A stretch of 49,615 nucleotides of DNA. Source: an uncultured Clostridia bacterium. GTDB taxonomy: Bacteria > Bacillota > Clostridia > Christensenellales > UBA1242. A program made the position numbers and the translations under genes. A model generated the notes under the pieces. The model was not told the origin of the DNA. It worked only from the letters and a program-made list of their open reading frames with translations, and ran no database searches. The first letter of the stretch is position 1; the number at the start of each line of letters is the position of its first letter. This document shows, piece by piece, positions 9,355-18,686 of this stretch. The stretch covers positions 1-49,615 of the forward strand of contig CALVWC010000002.1 in NCBI GenBank assembly GCA_944364445.1. Direction: 5' to 3'.

Positions 9355-10456
9355 GAAAGAACTGAAAAAAGAAATACGAGAGATAAATGTTGATGAAAGC
9401 GTTTTAGCCGACATTAAAAACACCTGCAATATGCCAAAACCAAGAAACAAAGTTTTTCGTTTCTGCAAAATTTTTGTTCCCGCTTTAAGTGCAGTTGCAG
9501 TGGTTTTAACGCTTTGTTTAACACTAACCAATCGCGACAATGTTTCGCTTAAAAGTTATCTTTTAATGGCTTTTGGTGGTGTGGCAATGGCATCTGCTGA
9601 AATGTCAGAAGAAAGCCCTGCTTTTGAGATTGTGTTAAACGATGACGAAAAGGTGGAAAGTGTTAAAAGTTTAAATGAAAGAGGTGCTGTTGTGCTTGCG
9701 GGGCAAAATATCGATAAAAATTTAGATGGCACAATTGAAAACTTAGTGCTTGAAGCAAACGATATCAACTGCTTAAACAACATCACAGTGATTGGTTTTG
9801 ACGGCAATATGGAACTTAAAGAAAAGATTTCCACGACACTTCAAAATATTGTTGAAAGGAATGATATAACTTGCGAGTTTAGTGTTCGTTTCAATGAAAA
9901 CAAGGTGGAAAACATCAACGCCAACCACTATATCTTGGCAGAATATGCTCAAGCTAAAAATGGTGGAGAAATAAGAGATTATATTGGCAAAAGCATAGAT
10001 GAATTATTGCGACTTTTGTTCAAATATGATGAAGATATGATGGCACAAATTGAAGAGAAAATTGAAAGGTATATTAATTTTGTGAAAGAGCAAACAAGCA
10101 CGATGACAGGCTTATTTAACGAGATTGCAGATGCAACAACCGCGTTTTTAACAAGAGTTGACAACCTTATTGATAGTTATAAAGAGGGAAGCGACCTTGC
10201 CGAACTTCAATACGAGTCACTTGTGGAACAGTTATCTCTTTTTGTCAATCAATTTTCTTCATATTTTGGAGATATAAGCACTGGTCAAATGGGAGAATAT
10301 TTGCAACAAGATAAGATTGAAAACTTCTATCAACACTTCCAAGGTGGCTATGAAAATATTGTTCGCCAACTTGAAGAGGCAGAACAATCGGCGCAAAATA
10401 AAATCGACATTTTTAAAGAAGATTTCGATTTATCCAATTTTGCCATGGTGGCATAA
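9341..10456 (+). CDS. putative anti-sigma factor / single-pass membrane protein
   Basis: Overlaps the sigma gene stop. Has a short cytoplasmic N-terminus, one TM (FVPALSAVAVVLTLCLTL) and a large extracytoplasmic domain. The call rests on genomic context only. Confidence 0.5.
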   Translation: MKKIEKELKKEIREINVDESVLADIKNTCNMPKPRNKVFRFCKIFVPALSAVAVVLTLCLTLTNRDNVSLKSYLLMAFGGVAMASAEMSEESPAFEIVLNDDEKVESVKSLNERGAVVLAGQNIDKNLDGTIENLVLEANDINCLNNITVIGFDGNMELKEKISTTLQNIVERNDITCEFSVRFNENKVENINANHYILAEYAQAKNGGEIRDYIGKSIDELLRLLFKYDEDMMAQIEEKIERYINFVKEQTSTMTGLFNEIADATTAFLTRVDNLIDSYKEGSDLAELQYESLVEQLSLFVNQFSSYFGDISTGQMGEYLQQDKIENFYQHFQGGYENIVRQLEEAEQSAQNKIDIFKEDFDLSNFAMVA

Positions 10457-10498
10457 ATATTGTTGCTTATGGCTTAAATATTGTGATATAATATAACT

Positions 10499-11374
10499 AT
10501 GGAAAGAAATGTTTATGATATTTTAATTCTTGGCGGTGGTGTTGCTGGAATTGTGGCAGGTGTTTATGCCAAAAGACGCAACAAAAAGGTGGCAATAATT
10601 GAAGAGATGCTTCTTGGCGGGCAACTTGCGTCGATTAGCGAAATCGAGAATTTTCCTTCCTATTCTCAAGTTTCTGGCTTTGAACTTATGGAAAATTTTC
10701 AAAAACAAGTAAAGAGTTTGGAAATAGAGGTCATCGCTGACACCATTAAAAAAGTGGATTTTGAAGGGGAAGTTAAATCTCTTCAAGGGAACAAGAAGGA
10801 TTATTTTGCCAAAAGCGTCATCATTGCAACAGGGCTTAGTTATAAAAAACTTAATAAAGGCGAAGAGAACTTTTTAGGACGCGGTGTAAGTTTTTGTGCT
10901 GTTTGCGACGCTAATTTTTATAAGAATAAAGAGGTTTGTGTGGCTTCAAAGGCGGGAAGCGGAGTGCATGGCGCATTAATTTTAGCAGATGTTGCAAAGA
11001 AAGTTTACCTTCTCGACAGCGAAGATTTAACGAAATATGCGTCAGTTTGCCCTAAAAAGAATATTGAAGTTATCTCTTTTGCCGACATTCAAAAATTTGA
11101 AGGCGATAAGGTGCTTGAAAAAGTTATCTATAAAGTAAATGGAAAGAGAAAGACTCTTGAAGTTTCTGCCTGCTTTGTGGAACTTGGCAAAATGCCAAAC
11201 ACAAAGATGTTTGAGGGCGTTTTAGATTTAGATAAAAATGGTTATATTAAAACAAACGAAATTATGGAAACTTCAATTTCCAAGGTGTTTGCTTGCGGAG
11301 ATATTCGTGCGGGAGTTTTAAAACAACTTGTTTGTGCTTGCTCTGATGGTGCGATTGCTGGTCAATATGCTTAA
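10499..11374 (+). CDS. thioredoxin-disulfide reductase-like FAD-dependent oxidoreductase
   Basis: GGGVAG dinucleotide motif, redox CAVC motif (SFCAVCDA), C-terminal GD motif (FACGDI). About 290 aa. Confidence 0.8.
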   Translation: MERNVYDILILGGGVAGIVAGVYAKRRNKKVAIIEEMLLGGQLASISEIENFPSYSQVSGFELMENFQKQVKSLEIEVIADTIKKVDFEGEVKSLQGNKKDYFAKSVIIATGLSYKKLNKGEENFLGRGVSFCAVCDANFYKNKEVCVASKAGSGVHGALILADVAKKVYLLDSEDLTKYASVCPKKNIEVISFADIQKFEGDKVLEKVIYKVNGKRKTLEVSACFVELGKMPNTKMFEGVLDLDKNGYIKTNEIMETSISKVFACGDIRAGVLKQLVCACSDGAIAGQYA

Positions 11375-11433
11375 AAATTTTGAGATTTTTCTTTATTTTG
11401 TTTGCAAAACCATAAAAATGTGCTATATTAAAA

Positions 11434-11859
11434 ATGAATTTATCATTTTATAAAGGTGGTTTTGTGGAAGAAAAAATTGAAGAAAATCAAAAAATAGAAA
11501 ATCAAAATTTAAAAAATGACGAAAAAAAAGATAAGGCAAGTTTAATTTTGTTTATCATTGGCGCGGTTTTGTTTGGAATAACTTTGATTATGGTGATAAT
11601 GTTTGGTGTTATGTCAATCTCATTCTTCACCGCGACAGGCGAGGAACAACTTGGTGAGGCACTAGGATATATCATCTATTTTGCTTATTTTGGTTTTCCT
11701 GCTTTGATTATTGGCTTAGTTTCTGTTATTTTGAACATCATTTCAGTTGCATTAAGCACAAGGCTTAGAGCGGTTAAAATCACTTTCATGATTTTTTCCA
11801 TTCTTGTGGTTATTGCTGACATTTTACTTTACATTTTGCCTTCTGCAATTTCAGGTTAA
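11434..11859 (+). CDS. hypothetical membrane protein
   Basis: Lys/Glu-rich N-terminus followed by 3-4 hydrophobic helices. Confidence 0.5.
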   Translation: MNLSFYKGGFVEEKIEENQKIENQNLKNDEKKDKASLILFIIGAVLFGITLIMVIMFGVMSISFFTATGEEQLGEALGYIIYFAYFGFPALIIGLVSVILNIISVALSTRLRAVKITFMIFSILVVIADILLYILPSAISG

Positions 11860-11870
11860 GTTTAACACAA

Positions 11871-11903
11871 AAAGAATAGTGAAATAAACACTATTCTTTT
11901 TCT
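11871..11903. terminator. hairpin terminator (bidirectional position)
   Basis: AAAGAATAGTG-AAATAAA-CACTATTCTTT followed by Ts. Confidence 0.7.
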
Positions 11904-12015
11904 TTGCCGTTTTCCTGCTTTTTATAGAACCATTTAAGAAAGGGAACAGTCCAGCGAGGCGCTTTTATGCAAATGATTCTTATGTTGCTCTTTTTTTCTT
12001 TTTCCATATTAATTA

Positions 12016-12321
12016 TTATGAAATTGCCATCTCTTTTGTCACATTTGTCTTTGATTTTTTGTTTAAAGTTGTGATAATTTTGCCAATCTTATGCACCACC
12101 TTATCAAACTTTAAATCCATTGCAGTTCGGAAAATGCTGTTGGTGGTTTTTGGGTCTATAAATATGCAGAGAGGGCATTCTTCCAAAATTTGAACACATC
12201 TATTTTCTGTGTATTCTTTATCTTTCGGCGTATGGTTAACCTTTAAGGCGATATCGTTAGAATAAGATGTTATATAAAGTTTTAGTTTGTTGAAATATTC
12301 TTCCTCATTCAATTTGTTCAT
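12016..12321 (-). CDS. hypothetical protein (101 aa), downstream of rpmB
   Basis: ORF with AGGAGG RBS, same strand as rpmB. Confidence 0.5.
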   Translation of the reverse strand: MNKLNEEEYFNKLKLYITSYSNDIALKVNHTPKDKEYTENRCVQILEECPLCIFIDPKTTNSIFRTAMDLKFDKVVHKIGKIITTLNKKSKTNVTKEMAIS

Positions 12322-12365
12322 AGTTCCTCCTATAAAAAAACACTCCTTAAAAAGAAGTGTTTAAA

Positions 12366-12542
12366 TTAGCCATTGTTTTTCTTGGCTGTTCTAATACATT
12401 TTGTGCAGGCTTTAACCTTTTTTCCATCAATAACAACATCCTGAAGATTGGCATTATATTTTCTAGGTGCTCTGTTATTTGCATGGCTGACAGTGTATCC
12501 GCTCATTTTGCCTTTGCCACAAATATCACAAACTCTGCTCAT
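12366..12542 (-). CDS. rpmB: 50S ribosomal protein L28
   Basis: Hand translation of the minus strand gives MSRVCDICGKGKMSGYTVSHANNRAPRKYNANLQDVVIDGKKVKACTKCIRTAKKNNG* (58 aa), with a GGAGAAAG RBS. It is absent from the ORF track because it is under 60 aa. The listed + ORF 12357..12596 is its antisense shadow. Confidence 0.9.
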   Translation of the reverse strand: MSRVCDICGKGKMSGYTVSHANNRAPRKYNANLQDVVIDGKKVKACTKCIRTAKKNNG

Positions 12543-12787
12543 AACTTTCTCCTTTTAGTAATTTTTTACATTCGATGTATATCATACCACAAATGAAAGA
12601 AAAAATCAACTGTTTTTTCACAACTTATCATATATTTTATCTTTTTTAAATACTTTTAAATATATAATAGGGCGAAATTTCGACTTATTTTTAAAAATTT
12701 TTCAATTTTTGCCTTAAATTGCTTGCTTAAAATTTCATATTGTTGTATTATTATAGTGCAATATATCTAAGTTGTTTGGAGGAACTT

Positions 12788-13138
12788 TTGACAGTAGATA
12801 CCAATAATTACTATGGAAACATTTCAATAAGCGACGATGCCATTCGCACTGTCGCTGGTTTTGTTGCTATGGATTGTTATGGTGTTGTTGACTTGGTTTC
12901 TAAAAGCATAAAGGATAGTGCACGCGAAATTTTTAAGAAAGAGTCCTACTCAAAAGGGGTCTCTGTTCATCATATTGACAACCGCATATTCATCGACATT
13001 TACTGTATTTTAAAATACGGTGTTTCTATTTCTGCGGTTGCCGAGTCACTTAAAAAATCAGTAAAATACACAATCGAAAATTTCACAGGCATGATTGTTG
13101 ACACTGTGAATGTTCATGTTGTGGGTGTTAGAGTTTAG
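12788..13138 (+). CDS. Asp23/Gls24 family envelope stress response protein
   Basis: ISISDDAIRTVAGFVAMDCYGVV... is typical of Asp23/DUF322. Preferred TTG start at 12788 lies 5 nt after GGAGG. Conserved pairing with the DAK2 gene and a divergent rpmB. Confidence 0.85.
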   Translation: MTVDTNNYYGNISISDDAIRTVAGFVAMDCYGVVDLVSKSIKDSAREIFKKESYSKGVSVHHIDNRIFIDIYCILKYGVSISAVAESLKKSVKYTIENFTGMIVDTVNVHVVGVRV

Positions 13139-13150
13139 GAGTTTATTACT

Positions 13151-14785
13151 ATGCAAAAATCGATTAACGGAGCGACTTTTCGCAAGATGGTCCTTGCGGG
13201 AGTCAGTCTTTTAGAACAAAATAAAGAATATATTGATTCACTTAACGTTTTCCCAGTTCCTGATGGCGACACTGGAACAAATATGTTTTTAACAATGAAA
13301 AGCGCTGTTAATGAAATTAATAAATGCATGAACAGCGATCTTGCCTCACTTTCAGAAGCCTTTTCAAAAGGAGCGCTTCGTGGAGCAAGAGGAAACAGTG
13401 GTGTTATCACTTCTCAAATTTTTAAAGGCTTTTGCTCTGTGACAAGCGGTTGCAAGGAAATTTCTACAAAAGATTTTGCCAAAGCCATGCAAGAGGGTGC
13501 AACAATCGCATATAAGGCTGTGACAAAACCAAAAGAAGGCACAATTTTAACTGTCATTCGTGTTATGGCGGAAAATGCTGTTTCGCTTGCTAAAAAGCAC
13601 GATGATTTTGAAGTTTTCCTCAAAAAAGTTATCGACACAGGTGAAGAAATCTTAAAGCAGACGCCAGAAATGCTTCCAGTTTTGAAAAAAGCGGGAGTGG
13701 TGGACTCGGGTGGTCGCGGAATTTTGGTTATCTTCACAGGTTTTTATCGTTTCATTATGGGCGATGAAGATTTGGAGATTTCGTTTGAGGATGATAAACA
13801 ACCACAAACGCTTGACGATGTGATTGCAGACATAAACAATCTTGGCGACATTGAGTTTGGTTATTGCACCGAGTATATGATTATTCATATGCATAAAAAG
13901 ACGACCGAGGCAGACATTGACAAACTTCGCGAAAAACTTATGGAGATTGGCGATTCAGTTATCTGCATTGGCGATTTATCTCTTGTTAAGGTCCATGTTC
14001 ACACAAACGAACCAAACAAGGCACTTCAATATGCCTTGGAACTTGGCGAACTGTTCAACTTGAAAATTGAAAACATGCGTGAGCAGAACCGCGAACTTAA
14101 AAAGAAAGCGCAAGCAGTGGAAGAAAGCAAGGAAATGGGTATGATTTCTGTGGCACCGGGCGAAGGGCTTGCCACAATCTTTAAGGAACTAACAGTGGAT
14201 GAAATCATTGTTGGTGGGCAAACCATGAACCCTAGTGCTGAGGATATTGCAAACGCTGCTGATAAAGTGCCTGCAAGAACAGTTTTTGTTTTTCCTAACA
14301 ACAAAAATATCGTTTTGGCGGCAGAACAGGCGAATGATGTGACAAATAAGAATTTGGTTATCATTCCAACTAAGAGCGTGCCAGAAGGAATTTCGGCTTC
14401 GATTGCGTTCAATCCTGAGGCTAGCGTGGAAGAGAACAAAACTGCTATGCTTGAGGCGATTAAGTCGGTGCGTTCTGGGCAAGTGACATATGCTGTGCGT
14501 GACACTCATGTGGATGGCTTTGACCTTCAAAAGGGCGAAATAATTGGGCTTGACGATAAGGCAATTCTTGCAAAAGGAAATTTAGTTGGCGACACAACCG
14601 AAAGTTTAATCGAAAAGATGTTTGACGACTCTGTTATGAACATCACTTTGTTCTATGGCGAGGATATTCGCGAGGATGAGGCTGTTAAACTTCAAGAAAA
14701 ATTGGCAGAAAAATATCCAGATTGTGAAGTGACAGTGGCAAGTGGTGGCCAACCAGTTTACTATTATATTGTTTCTTTAGAATAA
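13151..14785 (+). CDS. DAK2 domain-containing protein (YloV-like)
   Basis: DAK2 motif PVPDGDTGTNM, plus a C-terminal DegV/YloV-like part. Canonical Asp23-YloV synteny. Confidence 0.9.
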   Translation: MQKSINGATFRKMVLAGVSLLEQNKEYIDSLNVFPVPDGDTGTNMFLTMKSAVNEINKCMNSDLASLSEAFSKGALRGARGNSGVITSQIFKGFCSVTSGCKEISTKDFAKAMQEGATIAYKAVTKPKEGTILTVIRVMAENAVSLAKKHDDFEVFLKKVIDTGEEILKQTPEMLPVLKKAGVVDSGGRGILVIFTGFYRFIMGDEDLEISFEDDKQPQTLDDVIADINNLGDIEFGYCTEYMIIHMHKKTTEADIDKLREKLMEIGDSVICIGDLSLVKVHVHTNEPNKALQYALELGELFNLKIENMREQNRELKKKAQAVEESKEMGMISVAPGEGLATIFKELTVDEIIVGGQTMNPSAEDIANAADKVPARTVFVFPNNKNIVLAAEQANDVTNKNLVIIPTKSVPEGISASIAFNPEASVEENKTAMLEAIKSVRSGQVTYAVRDTHVDGFDLQKGEIIGLDDKAILAKGNLVGDTTESLIEKMFDDSVMNITLFYGEDIREDEAVKLQEKLAEKYPDCEVTVASGGQPVYYYIVSLE

Positions 14786-14798
14786 ATTATTTTTAATG

Positions 14799-14830
14799 AC
14801 ATATTGAATTTTAAACTCAATATGTTTTTA
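14799..14830 (+). terminator. Rho-independent terminator
   Basis: ACATATTGA-loop-TCAATATGT followed by TTTTT. Confidence 0.7.
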
Positions 14831-14927
14831 TTTTATCAAAAAAGAGATTATCAAAATAAATTATCCTTTAGCAACTTTTAACTTCCTTTTGCATATCTTT
14901 TTAATGAGACTTTAAGGAGGTTAAAAG

Positions 14928-15611
14928 ATGTCTTTTTATATCAATAACACGAATGGGAATAGACCCGGGCCCATCAGTGGAAATCCTACCAACGGCATCT
15001 GTGAAAAGATTTTAATCCAAACAAGAAAAATCTTTGATGCTTGTGTTTCCACCGCAACTGAAACGGGAATTGTGCTTCAAGCCACAAATTTCACTCCTGC
15101 AGACCCTGCACTGCCACTCACATATCTTTCTGCAGAGGTGACACCAAACGCCACAGCAACGGTGACAGACCTTGTTGTTGAAAGGCTTGACAATGCACCA
15201 AACTACGCAAATGTGACAATGAATATAAGCGTTCCAATCACGATTACATACCGTGATGCAAATGGAGTTATTGGGACGGCAACTTCAACAATCACAATAA
15301 GCAAAGCGGTTGTTCTTTTTGTTCCACAACCATCAGCAACGCCAATAGATATCACGGCAAGCGTGCTGTTTTCCAGTCAAATTGGCACTTTCACTTCGCC
15401 AAACATCTTCACAGTGACTGCGTGCATTCAAGTTATAATTCGAGTGTCTGCTATTGTTGATGTGTTAGTTCCAAGTTATGGCTACCCTTGCCTTCCACCT
15501 TGTCAACAAGCGTGTGGCGCGCAGTGCCCGGGCATTCAAGATTTGCCAACTTATCCAACTGCAGCAGGACCTATTCCAACAAGAATTTCTCAATTAAATC
15601 AAACTGTTTAA
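14928..15611 (+). CDS. hypothetical Thr/Pro/Ala/Val-rich beta-type protein with Cys clusters at both ends
   Basis: Strong AAGGAGG RBS. ORF of 227 aa with few charged residues. Visibly more G+C-rich than its neighbours. Has its own terminator. Confidence 0.6.
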   Translation: MSFYINNTNGNRPGPISGNPTNGICEKILIQTRKIFDACVSTATETGIVLQATNFTPADPALPLTYLSAEVTPNATATVTDLVVERLDNAPNYANVTMNISVPITITYRDANGVIGTATSTITISKAVVLFVPQPSATPIDITASVLFSSQIGTFTSPNIFTVTACIQVIIRVSAIVDVLVPSYGYPCLPPCQQACGAQCPGIQDLPTYPTAAGPIPTRISQLNQTV

Positions 15612-15620
15612 CTATAAATA

Positions 15621-15656
15621 GAGTATATCAAAAATTTTTAAGATATACTCTTTTTT
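15621..15656 (+). terminator. Rho-independent terminator
   Basis: GAGTATATC-loop-GATATACTC followed by TTTTTT. Confidence 0.75.
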
Positions 15657-15702
15657 ATTTATCTTTTTCCTTGATTTGTGATATACTTGATATGAGGTAT
15701 TT

Positions 15703-16227
15703 ATGAATATTTGGAAGGAAATTGATAAAAAAAGAATAACGCCAAAGGATTTTATAGCCTGCATCGAAATTCAGCAGGGGGATAAGACCAAGTATGAACT
15801 CGACAAGGAAACAGGACTTCTTAGAATGGACAGGGTGCTTTACACCAGCACAAACTACCCAATGAATTATGGCTTAATTCCATTGACGCTCAGTGAGGAT
15901 GGCGATCCACTTGATGTTTTTGTTTTGTGCAGTCAACCACTTGCAAGACTCTGCCTTGTCAGATGTTATCCTATTGGCGTGGTGACCATGATTGACAGAA
16001 AGGAGCGTGATGAAAAAATTATCGCCATACCTTTCGACGATCCACAATATAACACCTATCATGACATAAGCGAACTTCCAAGACATATCTTTGATGAACT
16101 TAAACATTTCCTTTCAGTTTATAAACAGTTGGAAAATAAAGAAGTTCATGTTGAGAGATTGGAAAACTTTGAAAGTGCGGAAAAAGTTATTGAAAAGAGT
16201 TTAAAGAATTTTGAAAAAATAAAGTGA
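15703..16227 (+). CDS. ppa: inorganic diphosphatase, family I
   Basis: YELDKETGLLRMDRVLYTS..YPMNYG.IP.T...DGDPLDVFVL signature. Confidence 0.92.
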   Translation: MNIWKEIDKKRITPKDFIACIEIQQGDKTKYELDKETGLLRMDRVLYTSTNYPMNYGLIPLTLSEDGDPLDVFVLCSQPLARLCLVRCYPIGVVTMIDRKERDEKIIAIPFDDPQYNTYHDISELPRHIFDELKHFLSVYKQLENKEVHVERLENFESAEKVIEKSLKNFEKIK

Positions 16228-16398
16228 GAGAAATAACCACAAAGGTTGGTGATATTTTATCTTGAACTTTTGTTTTTATGTTTCTTAAATAATGTAAAGA
16301 AAAAAGAGGAGCTTCCTCTTTTTCTTCTTTCTTTATATTCCATATTTTGTTTTTATGATTGCATACTACACAACATTTTGTGGTGGTATGCAATAAAT

Positions 16399-18204
16399 TT
16401 ATTCCAAATTTTCCGCATAGAACATATTTTTGAATTTAACATTATTTTCAAAAAGTTCGTCGAATGTGCCAATATCTTCAATCTTGCCATTTTCCAAGAA
16501 AAAGATTTTGTCAACATTTCTTATTGTTGAAAGGCGATGTGCCACAATGACAATTGTGCTTTGCCCTTTCAAATTGTCGATGGAATGTTTGATGTCTTCT
16601 TGCGCAAAATTGTCAAGCGAACTTGTGCTTTCGTCGAAGATGATTATTGGCGAATTTCTAAGAAGTGCTCTTGCAATTGCAAGGCGTTGTTTTTGACCAC
16701 CAGAAAGTTTAATTCCACTTTCACCAACTTTTGTTTCCACACCTTTTTTTAGCGAAGAAACAAAATCTTTAAGTGATGCTTTTTCAATTGCGCTTTCAAT
16801 TTCTTCGTCGGTTGCATCTTTCTTTGCAAGAAGTAAGTTTTCTTTAATGGTCATGTCAAAGATGTATGGAAATTGGTTGACAAGAGAAATGGAGTTTCTT
16901 AAAGTTTCTTTGTCAAGGTCGTTAATATTTATGCCGTCAATCAAAACTTCACCACCATTTACTTCATACATTTTCGACATCAAATTCAAAATTGTCGATT
17001 TTCCAGAGCCAGATTTACCAACAAACGCCACAGTGGTGTTAGGTTCAATTTTAAAGGAAAGATTGTCAAAAATTTTGTTTTCGCTTTCCACCTTACGCTT
17101 TTCTTTTTTCCTCTTTTTCCACTCTTTTGGACTGAGATATTTTTCGTTGTCAATTTGCTCGTATTCGATATATGAATATTCCACATTTTTAAATTCAATT
17201 TTACCTTTAACTTCATCCAAATGAACATTGCCGAATTTTTCGCAAACATAGTCGGAACTGTTGAACAGTGCAAACATTCTGTCTGTACTAATTTTAACTT
17301 CCAAAAAGATATCCATAATTCTTCCAATTGACCACACAAATGAGTATAGGCTATTATTATTTGAGTAGATTATCATAAATGAGGCGACGGTTAAGAGGGA
17401 AATATCAATCATGTAAACGCCAAGAATTAAGATTAAAATTCCACAAATTTCAATTATCACATTTCTAAGAGAAAATAGGTTTATATCTTTAATTTCAAAG
17501 TTATAGGTTGCTTTTTTGTAGTCAGCGTAGTATTCTTTGGAAATTTCACTTAATTTATCTTCTAAGCCAAGCGACTTAACATCTTTTTCGCTTCTCACAA
17601 TTTCATTGGTTAGCGAATATATCTTATCACTTTTTCGGCGCATGATGAATTTGTTTTTTCGATTTCTCTTTCTTCTAAATGTTTCAATAATCATGGAAAC
17701 TGCTAAAATAAAGACAACGCCAAGCCCAACATAAATGTTGAGAGTGGAAATGTAAACAATCATAACAAGCGAGGTCACAATGTCAGTGATAATATCCACA
17801 ATATTGGATAGGTTGATAACCACAACTTCTGGGTCGTTGACAATTCTTCTAACAAATTCGCCAGATTCGTGATTTGCATAGGTTGTGGAGTTAAGTTTGA
17901 ACGCTTGTTTTGCTAAGTCTAAATTTAAGTCTGCCATGATTTTGTTGGCATATTTTTGATAGATAATGTTAGTTAGATACCAACTCAGCCTTTTCAAAAA
18001 CACAATGCCCGCAATGAATAACAGGGTGTAGATAGCCTCGCGATAAAGAGAAAGAGTGATGTATTCAATCGCTTTTGCAAAGTATATTGTTTGCAAAACT
18101 GTGCAAGCACCAGACACGAGATAAATAAGAATATACATCGATATTCCAAACTTATATTTTCCTAAATATAAAGAAAGTGACTTTTTTTCTCTCTTATTTT
18201 GCAT
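16399..18204 (-). CDS. ABC transporter, fused permease/ATP-binding exporter (MsbA/multidrug-type)
   Basis: N-terminal six-TM domain; Walker A GKSGSGKST, signature LSGGQKQR, Walker B IIIFDESTS. Confidence 0.9.
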   Translation of the reverse strand: MQNKREKKSLSLYLGKYKFGISMYILIYLVSGACTVLQTIYFAKAIEYITLSLYREAIYTLLFIAGIVFLKRLSWYLTNIIYQKYANKIMADLNLDLAKQAFKLNSTTYANHESGEFVRRIVNDPEVVVINLSNIVDIITDIVTSLVMIVYISTLNIYVGLGVVFILAVSMIIETFRRKRNRKNKFIMRRKSDKIYSLTNEIVRSEKDVKSLGLEDKLSEISKEYYADYKKATYNFEIKDINLFSLRNVIIEICGILILILGVYMIDISLLTVASFMIIYSNNNSLYSFVWSIGRIMDIFLEVKISTDRMFALFNSSDYVCEKFGNVHLDEVKGKIEFKNVEYSYIEYEQIDNEKYLSPKEWKKRKKEKRKVESENKIFDNLSFKIEPNTTVAFVGKSGSGKSTILNLMSKMYEVNGGEVLIDGININDLDKETLRNSISLVNQFPYIFDMTIKENLLLAKKDATDEEIESAIEKASLKDFVSSLKKGVETKVGESGIKLSGGQKQRLAIARALLRNSPIIIFDESTSSLDNFAQEDIKHSIDNLKGQSTIVIVAHRLSTIRNVDKIFFLENGKIEDIGTFDELFENNVKFKNMFYAENLE

Positions 18205-18288
18205 AAAAAAACCTCCGTATTAGATTTTTCATACGAAGGCTTGAATTTTGCTATATTTTTTGTGTCAGAAAGATGATTTAACACAAAT

Positions 18289-18360
18289 TTATCTTATAAC
18301 CGCAAAAGAAAAACCATTCGTATGATTTAAATTTGTTCTGTAAACTGTTTGATTAAGCAT
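18289..18360 (-). CDS. candidate 23-aa leader peptide (MLNQTVYRTNLNHTNGFSFAVIR) upstream of the ABC exporter
   Basis: Hand-found sORF with AAGGAGAA about 9 nt upstream. It overlaps one arm of an alternative RNA pairing that reaches the exporter RBS. Confidence 0.3.
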   Translation of the reverse strand: MLNQTVYRTNLNHTNGFSFAVIR

Positions 18361-18653
18361 TTTTTTGGTTCTCCTTTTGTTAAATTTTTTTGTAGGTTGG
18401 AACAAAAACAACCTTTCGACTTTTTCAGTATATTATAAAATCTTTCAAATTGTCAATAGATTTTTTAAATTTTATCTAAAATTTTTATCTTTTTTATGAA
18501 ATAGGATAAATTTATTGATTTTTAGATATTTAAATTTTTAGATTTTAAATTGATTTTTAGATATTTAATATATATATGGCGACGATAAATTTGGCAAAAT
18601 TTTGCTTGCGACAAAAAAATCTAAAAAAATTTTAAAATTTTTGGCATTTTCAG

Positions 18654-18682
18654 TTGACTTTTTTAACAAACATGCATATAAT
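18654..18682 (+). promoter_or_regulatory. consensus sigma-A promoter of the hrcA operon (TTGACT-17-TATAAT)
   Basis: TTGACT at 18654-18659, TATAAT at 18677-18682, exactly 17-nt spacer. Confidence 0.75.
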
Positions 18683-18686
18683 AATG

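Noticed and set aside
11891-12007. 38-codon minus-strand sORF (MEKEKKSNIRIICIKAPRWTVPFLKWFYKKQENGKEKE) downstream of 12016..12321
   Set aside because: There is no Shine-Dalgarno sequence upstream of the ATG. The ORF runs into the terminator hairpin, so it is probably fortuitous.
12357-12596. 79-aa + strand ORF
   Set aside because: It is the antisense shadow of the clearly recognisable rpmB (L28) gene on the minus strand.
18400-18660. Possible CRISPR-like or iteron array in the repeat-rich AT tract
   Set aside because: It has only two full 20-nt copies, with a spacer that is itself repeat-derived. There are no further units and no cas genes. I report it only as a low-interest direct repeat.
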